Assembly (NCBI GenBank): GCA_018333835.1
Contig: JAGXSL010000023.1
Span: 1 to 54,566, forward strand
DNA length: 54,566 nucleotides
Direction of reading: 5' to 3'
From: Lysobacteraceae bacterium
GTDB lineage: Bacteria; Pseudomonadota; Gammaproteobacteria; Xanthomonadales; Xanthomonadaceae
Part shown: piece after piece, positions 8,025-18,658 of the stretch
Layout: each line of letters starts with the position of its first letter
Position numbering within the stretch: the stretch's first letter is position 1
Notes under the pieces: generated by a model
Seen by the model: only the letters and a program-made list of their open reading frames with translations
What the model was told of the DNA's origin: nothing
Database searches by the model: none
Translations under genes and position numbers: made by a program

Positions 8025-8527
8025 GCCGATGGCTTGCCCGGCTGAGGGAGACGGAAACGGGGCCGGTGGGCACTGACAGAACTGACAAAAGCCCTTCTGT
8101 CAGTTTTGTCAGTTCGCCCCCCGCCCCCGAATCGACGGACGACCCCCCTTCTGTCAGTTTTGTCAGTGCCACCCCTGCCCCTGTTCCGCCCGGCGAGCAT
8201 GGGCTGAGGTTGCACCTTCGCCGCCTTGCGGAAGTGGCCGGCTGCCCCGTGGGCTACGTGAACCGGCTCCACCCCGCCGAGGTGGCCGAGTACGGCCACT
8301 ACCCCGATGCCGACGTGGTGGCCAGCCTTCGCCACCTGGCCACCTGCGACACCTGCCGGGAGCGGCAGTGCCGGCCCGTCACCTGCGCGAGCTGCGCCCG
8401 CTACCGGCCCAACGTGCGCAACCCCGAGGCCGGCATGGGCCAGTGTGCCGACGGCCACGGCAGTGACGGCCCGCCGACCTTCCCGCACCTACCACGGCAC
8501 TGCCCAGCATGGAGGGCAGCGGCATGA
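8021..8527 (+). CDS. Hypothetical protein with Cys-rich C-terminus; its 5' part overlaps the iterons
   Basis: ATGA coupling on both sides; CDTC, CASC, GQC, HCPAW. Confidence 0.65.
   Translation: MSRWLARLRETETGPVGTDRTDKSPSVSFVSSPPAPESTDDPPSVSFVSATPAPVPPGEHGLRLHLRRLAEVAGCPVGYVNRLHPAEVAEYGHYPDADVVASLRHLATCDTCRERQCRPVTCASCARYRPNVRNPEAGMGQCADGHGSDGPPTFPHLPRHCPAWRAAA
8072..8167. repeat. Six 9-bp iterons ACTGACARA; putative replication origin
   Basis: Forward pair at 8072-8089; inverted pairs at 8096-8113 and 8150-8167; 22-bp exact direct repeat at 8092-8113 and 8146-8167. Confidence 0.8.
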
Positions 8528-9054
8528 GCGATGGCTACCTGTCGAAAGACCGCGAACGGCTGAACCGGATGCAGCGCGAGCGACGCGCGGGCCTGGTGCG
8601 GATCGACTACCACCCCGACGCCGACGTGCTGCCTTTGATCGAGGCCAAGCGCCCGCGCTACGGCCCCGAGGCCACCAACAGCGCCACCTTGAACGCCATC
8701 GTGCGGGAGTGGGCCACGCTCACCGGAATAAAGAACCGCCGGATAGACGCGCCCAAGACTTCGAGCGGTGAAAAATCGAGGCCGGAATTGTTTGGCGATT
8801 CGCGCGCGAATGACTCCGGGCCGGGCGGGAGTTCCGGGCCAGTATTGCGCGCGCGCGTACAAGTCCCTGCCCCGCAACAGCGGGTGCCCTGCGGGGCCAA
8901 GCGCCGACGCGACGGCCAGCCCTGCCAAGCCTTGAGCGTGCCGGGCAAGCGGCGGTGCAAGTGGCACGGCGGATGCTCGACCGGGCCGAAGACCGCCGAG
9001 GGCAAGGCGCGTGCGCTGGCGAACCTGCGGCGGGGCAAGGCAACAGCATCTTAG
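8524..9054 (+). CDS. HGGxSTG-domain protein with a possible N-terminal DNA-binding domain
   Basis: CGAKRRRDGQPCQ...RCKWHGGCSTGPKTAEGKARALANL; RBS GGAGG. Confidence 0.85.
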   Translation: MSDGYLSKDRERLNRMQRERRAGLVRIDYHPDADVLPLIEAKRPRYGPEATNSATLNAIVREWATLTGIKNRRIDAPKTSSGEKSRPELFGDSRANDSGPGGSSGPVLRARVQVPAPQQRVPCGAKRRRDGQPCQALSVPGKRRCKWHGGCSTGPKTAEGKARALANLRRGKATAS

Positions 9055-9145
9055 GGGGAGGGGCGGTGCAAATCTCTGGCGGCCTTCGCCACATGACCGC
9101 GCCCCCCGCAATTTTCGCGCGTCGCCAAAACCGGAAAGCGGGGCA
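9054..9145 (+). other. Putative cos-like packaging region
   Basis: GGGGGAGGGGCGGTGCAAATCTCTG...GACCGCGCCCCCCGCAATTTTCGCGCGTCGCCAAAA resembles, from memory, the HNH-terS intergenic cos region of HK97-like phages. Confidence 0.6.
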
Positions 9146-9152
9146 ACCCGAC

Positions 9153-9177
9153 GCCTAATGGTCACCGAGTGGTCACC
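9153..9177 (+). repeat. Putative integrase arm-type sites, right copy
   Basis: Exact 25-bp direct repeat of 2354-2378. Confidence 0.8.
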
Positions 9178-9190
9178 AGCGGAAGGCCGG

Positions 9191-9231
9191 AAAAAACAAA
9201 GGGCCTGCGATTGCTCGCAAGCCCTTGTTTT
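9191..9231 (-). terminator. Hairpin with T-run downstream of tRNA-Phe, supplied by the element
   Basis: AAAACAAAGGGCCTGCGA-TTGC-TCGCAAGCCCTTGTTTT imperfect inverted repeat; T-run on the minus strand. Confidence 0.65.
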
Positions 9232-9234
9232 GAA

Positions 9235-9310
9235 TGGTGGCCAGGGAGGGAATCGAACCCCCGACACGGGGATTTTCAATCCCCTGCTCTACCGACTGAG
9301 CTACCTGGCC
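9235..9310 (-). tRNA. tRNA-Phe (GAA)
   Basis: 76 nt GGCCAGGTAGCTCAGTCGGTAGAGCAGGGGATTGAAAATCCCCGTGTCGGGGGTTCGATTCCCTCCCTGGCCACCA; cloverleaf with encoded CCA; upstream extended -10 TGCTACGAT (9355-9363). Confidence 0.98.
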
Positions 9311-9502
9311 TGGCGTCCCCGGCGCGACGCGTGGGCCGGCGGCGAAGAGGAAGGATCGTAGCAAGCGCCGTGGCCGGCCGGCAAGCTGCCGCTGCGTGCC
9401 AGCGGGCATGACTGACCGGAGTCTGAATGGCTATCCCGGCGTCGGGGACGCGGGCGTTCCTTGTGTGATGGGATGGTCCCGAGCCCACCGGAGGACCGAT
9501 CC

Positions 9503-9904
9503 ATGCGCACGCTGCCTGCCTTGTCCCGTCTCCTTGCCACCCTGCTGCTCGCGGCCTTCGCCAGTACCGTCCTGGCTGCCGGAGGCACGGGCACCCAGCT
9601 CGCCCGCTACGAGGCGGCGGCGGGTGATCCGGTGCCGCACTTCCGCTTCTTCCGCGTGCTGGACTACAGCGTGGTCGACGGCCGGACGATCACGATCCGG
9701 ACCGGTATCCGCACGGCCTGGTTGGTGCAGGTCGACGAACCCTGCGACGCATTGCAGTGGGAGCCGGCGCTTCGCCTCGAGTCCTACGCGCGCCTCGTCA
9801 CGGTGAATACCTCCCGCGTGGAGGTCGGCCGCTACAGCTGCCGGATCACCGAGATCCGTCCGCTCGATATGGATGTCCTGCGCGACCTCACCCAGTCCAC
9901 GTAG
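9503..9904 (+). CDS. DUF6491-like exported protein, copy 1
   Basis: Signal peptide; [17 protein letters not shown]; two Cys ([13 protein letters not shown]); RBS GGAGG. Confidence 0.75.
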   Translation: MRTLPALSRLLATLLLAAFASTVLAAGGTGTQLARYEAAAGDPVPHFRFFRVLDYSVVDGRTITIRTGIRTAWLVQVDEPCDALQWEPALRLESYARLVTVNTSRVEVGRYSCRITEIRPLDMDVLRDLTQST

Positions 9905-9940
9905 TGCTCCAGCCCGGTGATCCAGCCCGGCCATCGATCC

Positions 9941-10384
9941 ATGCGCCCGCTGCCCGCCCCGTCCCGTGTCCTCGCCGTACTCGCCGCGCTGCTGCTGGCG
10001 GCCTGCGCCAGCACTGCGCCGGCCGAGCGCGACGCCGCCCTGCTGGCCCGCTACGAGGCGGCGGCGGGTGAGCCGGTGCCGCACTTCCGCTTCTTCCGCC
10101 TGCAGGGCTACACCGTGCTCGACGACCGCACGCTGGCGGTCTGGACCGGCCCCCGCACGGCCTGGCTGCTGCGGGTCGATGCGCCCTGCAACGAACTGCG
10201 CTGGGCACCGGAGATCGGCCTGAGTTCCGGCTTCGGCCTGGTCTCGGCGCGCTTCGACCGCGTGCTGGCCGGTCGCGACCGCTGCCGCATCACCGAGATC
10301 CGCCCGCTCGACACCCGCGCCCTGCGCGGCCGCGACGAACCGGCAGGTCCCGTTCGCACGGCTCAGGTTTCCGGCGGCTGGTAG
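9941..10384 (+). CDS. DUF6491-like lipoprotein, copy 2
   Basis: Lipobox LAAC; same motifs as copy 1. Confidence 0.78.
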   Translation: MRPLPAPSRVLAVLAALLLAACASTAPAERDAALLARYEAAAGEPVPHFRFFRLQGYTVLDDRTLAVWTGPRTAWLLRVDAPCNELRWAPEIGLSSGFGLVSARFDRVLAGRDRCRITEIRPLDTRALRGRDEPAGPVRTAQVSGGW

Positions 10385-10635
10385 CCGGCCGGTTTCTCGG
10401 CACCGCCGCCGAACAGGAACTTCACCATTTCGGTTTCGAGGAAGGCGCGGTGCCCGGGCTCCAGCGGCGAGAGCCGGTGCTCGTTGATCAGCAGGGTCTG
10501 GTGCGCCAGCCACTCCTGCCAGGCCGGAGCGCCGATCTCCTCGAAGATGCGCCGGCCGAGCGGCCCCGGCCAGGGGGCGAAGGCGAGGCCGGGGGCGGGG
10601 ACGCCGTGCTTGGCGCAGTGGACGGTTCGGCTCAT
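10363..10635 (-). CDS. yggX: Oxidative damage protection / Fe(II)-trafficking protein
   Basis: MSRTVHC...[17 protein letters not shown]; follows mutY. Confidence 0.93.
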   Translation of the reverse strand: MSRTVHCAKHGVPAPGLAFAPWPGPLGRRIFEEIGAPAWQEWLAHQTLLINEHRLSPLEPGHRAFLETEMVKFLFGGGAEKPAGYQPPET

Positions 10636-11762
10636 GGCAGGGACTCCAGCAGGCGGCGGATCGGGCGGGGCAGCCCGAGGGAATCGTAGTCGGTGCGTGC
10701 CACCCAGCGTCGTTCGGCGGCGCGGGCAGCGGCGTCCGCGGGCATGCCGGTGGCGGGGGCAGCGGCGTCCGCGGGTATGCCGGTGGCGGCTGCTTCCATG
10801 CCGCCCGGCGCCGGTTCGCGCACGGCATGCAGGCTGGCCTGCACTTCGAGGCGGTAGTGGCTGAAGGCGTGGTCGAAGGCCGGCAGCGATCGGCCGGGCC
10901 CGGCCCCGAGTGCCGCCCGCAGGCCTTCGGCACCGGCCTCGTCCGCGGCCTCGGGCAGGCTCCACAGGCCCTGCCAGACCGCCTTGCCCTCGCGGCGTTC
11001 GAGCAGCACGCGGCCCTGTGTGTCGCGCAGCACCAGCATCCGCGCCTGGCGGGTCGGCATCGGCTTGGCCGGCTTGCGCGTCGGCAGCAGGGCCACGCGG
11101 CCGGTCGCGAAAGCGTGGCAGCCGGCCTGCACCGGGCAGTCGCCGCAGCGCGGCCGGCGCGGCGTGCAGAGGGTCGCCCCGAAGTCCATCAGGGCCTGGG
11201 TGTAGTCGGCGATCCGCTGCTGCGGCAGCCGGGCCTCGGCCTCGGCCCAGAGCCGGCGTTCGACCACGGGCTGGCCGGGCCAGCCGGCCTCGCCGGTGAG
11301 CCGCGCCAGCACGCGCTTGACGTTGCCGTCGAGGATGGCCACGCGCTGCCCGTGCGCCTGCGCGAGGATGGCGGCGGCGGTGCTGCGGCCGATGCCGGGC
11401 AGGGCGGCGAGCGCGTCGAGGCGGTCGGGCAGTTCGCCGCCGTGGCGTTCGACGCAGAGCCGGGCGGCGTGGTGCAGGTGGCGCGCCCGGCGGTAGTAGC
11501 CAAGCCCCGACCACAGCGCCAGCACGTCGTCCTCGGGCGCGGCGGCCAGCGCCGGCAGCTCGGGGAAGCGGGCGAGGAAGCGCTCGAAATAGCCGAGGAC
11601 GGTCTGCACCCGGGTCTGCTGCAGCATCACCTCGCTGACCCAGACCCGGTAGGGCGTGCGCGGGTGCTGCCAGGGCAGGTCGTGGCGGCCGTGGGCGTCG
11701 TACCAGGCCAGCAGGGTGGCGGCGAATCCGCTGGGGCTGCCGCCGGCATCCGCGGAACTCAT
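10632..11762 (-). CDS. mutY: A/G-specific adenine glycosylase
   Basis: [21 protein letters not shown], Hh[17 protein letters not shown], Fe-S motif [17 protein letters not shown]. Confidence 0.96.
   Translation of the reverse strand: MSSADAGGSPSGFAATLLAWYDAHGRHDLPWQHPRTPYRVWVSEVMLQQTRVQTVLGYFERFLARFPELPALAAAPEDDVLALWSGLGYYRRARHLHHAARLCVERHGGELPDRLDALAALPGIGRSTAAAILAQAHGQRVAILDGNVKRVLARLTGEAGWPGQPVVERRLWAEAEARLPQQRIADYTQALMDFGATLCTPRRPRCGDCPVQAGCHAFATGRVALLPTRKPAKPMPTRQARMLVLRDTQGRVLLERREGKAVWQGLWSLPEAADEAGAEGLRAALGAGPGRSLPAFDHAFSHYRLEVQASLHAVREPAPGGMEAAATGIPADAAAPATGMPADAAARAAERRWVARTDYDSLGLPRPIRRLLESLP
10724..10789. repeat. 33-bp tandem duplication within mutY
   Basis: Two units (10724-10756, 10757-10789) with one mismatch; encodes [21 protein letters not shown]. 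Confidence 0.85.
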
Positions 11763-12853
11763 GGCGGCGGCTCCGGCGACGGTGCTTCCCCGAGTTCGAT
11801 CCGCAGGCCCTCGAAGCGGGCGTCCCCAAGTTCGAGGAGCGGCAGCTCGGCGCGTCCGGACAGGGGCGGGAGCGCGGGGCGCTCCCCGGCGTCCCGCCAC
11901 GCCAGCACTCCGGCGGGCACTCCGTGCAGTTCGATCGTGGCCGCGCCGCGGCTCAAGCGCAGCGAGGTTTCGGCGGCCAGCGCGGAAGGCCCGTGCTGGT
12001 CGATGCGGTAGGCGATCGGGGCGGGATCCTGCGCCAGCGGGGCCGGCAGCGCCGGCCATCCGGCCGGCCACGCCGCCAGCTCACCGTTGGCCTGCAGGCG
12101 CCAGGGCGAGAGTTGTAGATGACCGGCGAGTGTGGTCGCCGGCACGGGGCCGTCCCCGGAGACCTCGAGGACCAGGTCGTCGAGCCGGAACGGCGCGTCG
12201 CCCGGGGTCGCGGCAAGGTGGATGCGGAAGCCGAACGCGGCGGGCGCGGCCGCGACCCGGCCCGAGGCGGTGGCGCTCATCGCCGTGCCGACCCGGAAGT
12301 GCGGCAGCGAAAGCTGCACGTGGTCGATGGCGATGCCGGCACCGTACAGACGGCCGTCGCTCACCCGCAGGTCCAGGAGTTCGGGCAGGCGCTCGGCCGT
12401 TTCCGCCGGGCGCGCCTGCCACCATTCGAGGGCCGCGTCGAGGTCGATCACCGGGCCATCGAGGTGCAGGGCCTCGATGCGCAGCGGGCCGCCGAGCAGG
12501 GTCGACCAGGGCAGGGCCAGTTCCACCCGCGTCGCGGCCAGCAGGAGCCGGTCGCGCCCGTCGCGGACGGCGAGGCCCGGCAGCACCAGCCGGGGGTGTG
12601 GCCGCCAGCGCAAGGCCGGGTCGCCGTCGATCGTCCAGGCCAGTCCGGTGACCACACCGGCGCGGTCGAGGACCAGCCCGGCCACTCGCCGCGCGTCGAA
12701 CCACCGGGGCAGGGCCAGCACGGCGAGCAGCAGCAGGGTGAGCAGTACGGACAGCACGGCGAGGGCGGTCACGCCGCGGCGCCAGCCCCGGCGCTCCACC
12801 GGCAGTGGGCTCCGGGTGCCGGCACCCTCCGCCCCGGCCGGCGTCCCGCTCAC
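11759..12853 (-). CDS. AsmA-family protein
   Basis: N-terminal TM helix followed by AsmA-like beta-rich segments; GTGA overlap with the ftsY stop; position between ftsY and mutY. Confidence 0.7.
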   Translation of the reverse strand: MSGTPAGAEGAGTRSPLPVERRGWRRGVTALAVLSVLLTLLLLAVLALPRWFDARRVAGLVLDRAGVVTGLAWTIDGDPALRWRPHPRLVLPGLAVRDGRDRLLLAATRVELALPWSTLLGGPLRIEALHLDGPVIDLDAALEWWQARPAETAERLPELLDLRVSDGRLYGAGIAIDHVQLSLPHFRVGTAMSATASGRVAAAPAAFGFRIHLAATPGDAPFRLDDLVLEVSGDGPVPATTLAGHLQLSPWRLQANGELAAWPAGWPALPAPLAQDPAPIAYRIDQHGPSALAAETSLRLSRGAATIELHGVPAGVLAWRDAGERPALPPLSGRAELPLLELGDARFEGLRIELGEAPSPEPPP

Positions 12854-13890
12854 GGGGCGGGGCGCTCCGCGCCCGGCTCGGGCAGCAGGGCGTCGACGAA
12901 GGCCTCCGGGTCGAATTCGCGCAGATCCTCGATGCGCTCGCCGAGGCCGACGAAGCGGATCGGCAGGCCGAACTCGCGGGCCAGTGCGAACACCACCCCG
13001 CCCTTGGCGCTGCCGTCGAGCTTGGTGATGGCAAGGCCGGTGACCCGGGCCGCGGCGAGGAATTGCCGCACCTGGCTCACCGCGTTCTGGCCGGTGGTGC
13101 CGTCGATCACCATCAGCACCTCGTGCGGGGCGCTGGGGTCGAGCTTGGCCAGCACGCGGCCGATCTTGGCGAGTTCGGCCATCAGGCCGGCCTGGGTGTG
13201 CAGGCGGCCGGCGGTGTCGGCGATCAGCAGGTCGAGGCCGCGGGCCTTGGCCGCCTGCAGGGCGTCGAAGACGACCGCGGCGGCGTCGGCGTCCTGCCCT
13301 TGCGCCACCACCATGACGCCGTTGCGCTCGCCCCAGGTCCGCAACTGCTCGACCGCGGCGGCGCGGAAGGTGTCGCCGGCGGCCAGCGCGAGTCGCAGGC
13401 CCTCGCGTTGGAAGCGGTGGGCGAGCTTGCCGATGGTGGTGGTCTTGCCGACGCCATTGACGCCGACGGTGAGGATGACGAAGGGAGCCCGCGCCGCATC
13501 GACCACCAGCGGTTTCGCGACCGGCGCCAGCAGGGCCAGCAGCCGGGCGCGCAGGTGGCGGCGCAGGGCCTCGGCATCGGCGAACTCGCGGGCGCGCATC
13601 CGCGTGCGCAGGTCCTCGACGAGTTGGGTGGTGGCGGCGATGCCGACGTCCGCGGACAAGAGCACGGTCTCGATCTCGTCGAGCAGGGCGTCGTCGAGCT
13701 TCGGGTTGGAGGAGAACAGCCCGCGCAGCCCGCTGGCGAAGGCGCTGTCGGCCAGCTTGCGCCACCAGCCGCCGGATCCCTGCGCTCCGGCCTGGTCGCT
13801 GGCGACGGCGGGCGCTGGCGCGGTTTCGCTGGCCGGGGCTGCGGCGGCTGCGGCGGGCGGGGTGGCTTTCTTCTTGAACCAGTCGAGCAT
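12850..13890 (-). CDS. ftsY: Signal recognition particle receptor
   Basis: GVNGVGKTTTIGK, DTFRAAA, DTAGR, TKLDGSAKGG. Confidence 0.97.
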   Translation of the reverse strand: MLDWFKKKATPPAAAAAAPASETAPAPAVASDQAGAQGSGGWWRKLADSAFASGLRGLFSSNPKLDDALLDEIETVLLSADVGIAATTQLVEDLRTRMRAREFADAEALRRHLRARLLALLAPVAKPLVVDAARAPFVILTVGVNGVGKTTTIGKLAHRFQREGLRLALAAGDTFRAAAVEQLRTWGERNGVMVVAQGQDADAAAVVFDALQAAKARGLDLLIADTAGRLHTQAGLMAELAKIGRVLAKLDPSAPHEVLMVIDGTTGQNAVSQVRQFLAAARVTGLAITKLDGSAKGGVVFALAREFGLPIRFVGLGERIEDLREFDPEAFVDALLPEPGAERPAP

Positions 13891-13935
13891 CGTCGCGGCG
13901 GAGGCGCTGCATCGCGCAGAATGGCGGCATGGTAA

Positions 13936-15099
<1,164 letters not shown>

Positions 15100-15125
15100 C
15101 CCCGTCCCACGCCCCGGAGAACCCC

Positions 15126-15635
15126 ATGAACCGCCCCCTGCTGCTCGCCACCGCGATCGCCGCCACCCTGCTGCTCTCCGCCTGCCAGCCCGGCCAGGGC
15201 GAGGACGAGGCCCAGCAGCAGGCCGAGGCCGTGCCGGTGGCCCCGGCCAGCGACGACGATGCCGCCTGGAAGGCCTACCTCGGCCAGGTGATCAGCCAGA
15301 ACATGGACGGCATCACCGAGCGCACCTTCAACTACTACCTGCCTGCCGGCGTCGACCCGGCCGAGCCGGAGGGCCCCTATTCCCGCATGAAGACCGACGT
15401 CAGCAATGCCCTGCTGCGCACCGTGCTGCCGGGCAATATGCTGACCTTCAGCTCGCCCAACAGCACCCTGATGGCCGACCTGGTGGTTGCCGCCTTCTCC
15501 ACCGAGGGCGTCCGGGAGGACGCACTGCGCGGTACGCGCGTGCTCTTCATCGGCGAGGCCAAGGACGAGGAGCGGGTCCGCCAGGCGGCACTCGCGGTCG
15601 GCGCCGAGTTCCGTTTCGTCGAAGTCCGGCGCTGA
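15126..15635 (+). CDS. Hypothetical lipoprotein
   Basis: Lipobox LSAC; RBS GGAG; host-like codon usage. Confidence 0.8.
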   Translation: MNRPLLLATAIAATLLLSACQPGQGEDEAQQQAEAVPVAPASDDDAAWKAYLGQVISQNMDGITERTFNYYLPAGVDPAEPEGPYSRMKTDVSNALLRTVLPGNMLTFSSPNSTLMADLVVAAFSTEGVREDALRGTRVLFIGEAKDEERVRQAALAVGAEFRFVEVRR

Positions 15636-15934
<299 letters not shown>

Positions 15935-15935
<1 letters not shown>

Positions 15936-17761
15936 TGCCCGAAGGCTTGATGCCCCGATTCCTCCGCCCGTCCAGGGTGCACCTGCCGACCTGCTGGCTG
16001 GCTTCCGTCCTGGCGCTGGTGGCGATGCCGCTGGCCGCGGGCCCGGTGGCGCTCGCTTCGAACCTGCCGGCGGTCGCACCACCGGCAGCGGCGGCGCCGC
16101 CCCCGGTCACGCTCGACGCCGACCTCGGCCGCCCGCAGGGGGCCGCCATCGCCAGCGCCCATGCCGAGGCCACGGCCGCCGGCATGGCGGTGCTGCGCGC
16201 CGGCGGCAATGCCTTCGATGCGGCAGTGGCGGTCTCGGCCACCTTGGGCCTGGTCGAGCCGGAAAGCTCCGGCTTGGGCGGCGGCGGCTTCTTCCTGCTG
16301 CGCCGCGCCAGCGATGGCCAGGTGGTGTTCATCGACGCCCGCGAGCGCGCGCCGCTCGCAGCGACCCGCGACATGTTCCTCGACCCGGCCACCGGCAAAC
16401 CGAAGCCGCGTGCGACCATCGACGGCGCGCTGGCGGCGGCCATCCCCGGCCAGCCGGCGGCCCTCGTCCACGTGGCCGAGAACTTCGGCCGTCTGCCCCT
16501 GCGGGAGTCGCTGGCGCCGGCGATCCGGCTCGCCGAGCGCGGCTGGCGCTTCGGCGAGAAGAACCTCGCCATGCTCGGCTGGCGCAAGGACGCAGTGCGT
16601 GCCGACCCCGGCGCCGCGGCGCTGTTCCTGGTCGATGGCGAGGCGCCGCGGCTGGGTGCGCGGATGCGCAACCCCGACTACGCCGCCACCCTGCGCCTCC
16701 TCGCCGAGCACGGCCACGACGGCTTCTACCGCGGTCCGATGGCCGAGCGCCTGGTCGAGGCGGTGCGCGCCGCCGGCGGCATCTGGACGCTGGAGGACCT
16801 CGCCCGCTACCACGTGGTCGAGCGCCGCCCGCTGGTGTTCCAGCATCGCGGCAAGACCATCGTCACCGCGCCGCCGCCGTCCTCCGGCGGCATCGCTCTG
16901 GCCCAGACCCTGCAGATCCTCGACGGCTTCGACTGGGCCGCCAAGACCCCGCCGCAGCGCCTGCACCTGCGCATCGAGGCGATGCGCCGCGCCTACCGCG
17001 ACCGCGCCTTGTACCTTGGCGACCCGGATTTCTTCGCGGTGCCGGTCGAGCGGCTGATGCACCCGGCCTATGCCGCCGGGCTGCGCGCCGCCATCCACCC
17101 GCTGCGGGCCACCCCGAGCGCGCTGCTGCCCGGCATCGCCACCCTGGCGGAAGGGGCCGACACCACGCATTTCTCCATCGTCGATGCCGAGGGCAACCTG
17201 GCCGCCGTCACCCAGACCGTCAACCTGCCCTTCGGCAACGCCATGGTGGTGCCGGGCACCGGCTTCCTGCTCAACAACGAGATGGACGACTTCTCGATCA
17301 AGCCCGGCGTGCCCAACGCCTTCGGCCTGGTCGGGCAGGAGGCCAACACCATCGAGCCGGGCAAGCGGCCGCTGTCCTCGATGACCCCGACCTTCGTGAT
17401 CGGCCCGGAGCGGGTGGCGGTGATCGGCACGCCGGGCGGCAGCCGGATCATCAGCATGGTGATCCAGGCCACGCTGGACTTCGGTGCCGGTGCCGACGCC
17501 CGTGCCATCGTCACCGCGCCCCGGCTGCACCACCAGTACCTGCCCGACCAGGTCTCGATCGAGCCGGGCTCGCTCAATGCCGCCACCCGCGCCGCGCTCG
17601 AGGCCAAGGGCCATGCCGTCAAGGAAGAGCCGCGCAGTTGGGGCAATATGCAGGTGGTGATCTGGCACCGTGCCGACGGCCGCACCGAGGCCGGCACCGA
17701 CCCGCGCTGGGAGGCGGTCGGCAAGGGGGCCACCAGCGGGGAAGGGGGGATCTTCCGATGA
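15935..17761 (+). CDS. ggt: Gamma-glutamyltransferase
   Basis: [26 protein letters not shown] nucleophile, [15 protein letters not shown]; start uncertain (15935/15950). Confidence 0.95.
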
Positions 17762-18639
17762 GCACGCGGCTGTGGTCGGTGATGGGCAACTCGCAGCGCC
17801 TCGATGGCGGCGCCATGTTCGGCAACGTGCCGCGGGCGATGTGGTCGCAGTGGATCGCGCCCGACGAGCAGCACCGCATCCCGCTCGCCTGCCGCGCCCT
17901 GCTCGCGCGCGACCTCGCCGGCCGCAATGTGCTGTTCGAGACCGGCATCGGCGCCTTCTTCCCGCCCAGGTTGCGCGAGCGCTTCGGCGTGGTCGAGGAG
18001 CGCCATGTGCTGCTCGATTCGCTGGCCGAGGCCGGCCTCGGCCACGAGGACATCGACGTCGTGGTGCTCTCGCACCTGCACTTCGACCACGCCGGCGGCC
18101 TGCTCGCCCCCTGGGCCGAGGGCGAGCCGCCGCGCCTGCTGTTCCCCAGGGCCCGGTTCCTCGTCGGTGCCGCGCACTGGACGCGGGCGAAGCACCCGCA
18201 CCCGCGCGACCGCGCCAGCTTCATCCCCGAACTCGCCGACCTGCTCGAGCAGAGCGGTCGGCTGGAACTGGTCGATGGCCCGTACAGCGCCAGCCTCGGC
18301 ACCGCGGTGCGCTTCCACTTCAGCGACGGCCACACGCCCGGCCTGATGCTGGCCGAGATCCTCGGCCCCGAGGGGCGGGGCGGCGTGCTGTTCTGCGCCG
18401 ACCTGATCCCCGGCCGCCCCTGGGTCCACTTGCCGGTGACCATGGGCTACGACCGTTCGCCGGAACTGCTGATCGATGAGAAGCGCCGCCTGCTCGACGA
18501 GCTGCGCGGACGTGGCGTGCGCCTGTTCTTCACCCACGACCCCGACTGCGCCCTGGCCGGCGTGGCCTGCGACGACAAGGGCCGCTTCGGCCCGGTCGAC
18601 GAGCGGCCGCGGCTGGACGGCCTGCCGCTCGCCGCCTGA
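17758..18639 (+). CDS. MBL-fold metallo-hydrolase (YtnP-like)
   Basis: [26 protein letters not shown]. Confidence 0.92.
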   Translation: MSTRLWSVMGNSQRLDGGAMFGNVPRAMWSQWIAPDEQHRIPLACRALLARDLAGRNVLFETGIGAFFPPRLRERFGVVEERHVLLDSLAEAGLGHEDIDVVVLSHLHFDHAGGLLAPWAEGEPPRLLFPRARFLVGAAHWTRAKHPHPRDRASFIPELADLLEQSGRLELVDGPYSASLGTAVRFHFSDGHTPGLMLAEILGPEGRGGVLFCADLIPGRPWVHLPVTMGYDRSPELLIDEKRRLLDELRGRGVRLFFTHDPDCALAGVACDDKGRFGPVDERPRLDGLPLAA

Positions 18640-18658
18640 TCCCCCGATGGAAACCCGC

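Larger units (their letters stand above)
2199..9283. mobile_element. 7040-bp integrative element / putative phage satellite in tRNA-Phe
   Basis: Bounded by 45-bp direct repeats; int, alpA, CHC2 zinc finger, Toprim-DUF3987, iterons, HGGxSTG gene, cos-like region; no structural or conjugation genes. Confidence 0.9.

Noticed and set aside
8072-8167. CRISPR or mini-array
   Set aside because: 9-bp units in mixed orientation without unique spacers; no cas genes and no CRISPR-like array anywhere in the window.
2199-9283. Intact prophage or ICE
   Set aside because: No capsid, portal, terminase, tail, lysis, relaxase or T4SS genes are recognisable, and it is only 7 kb.
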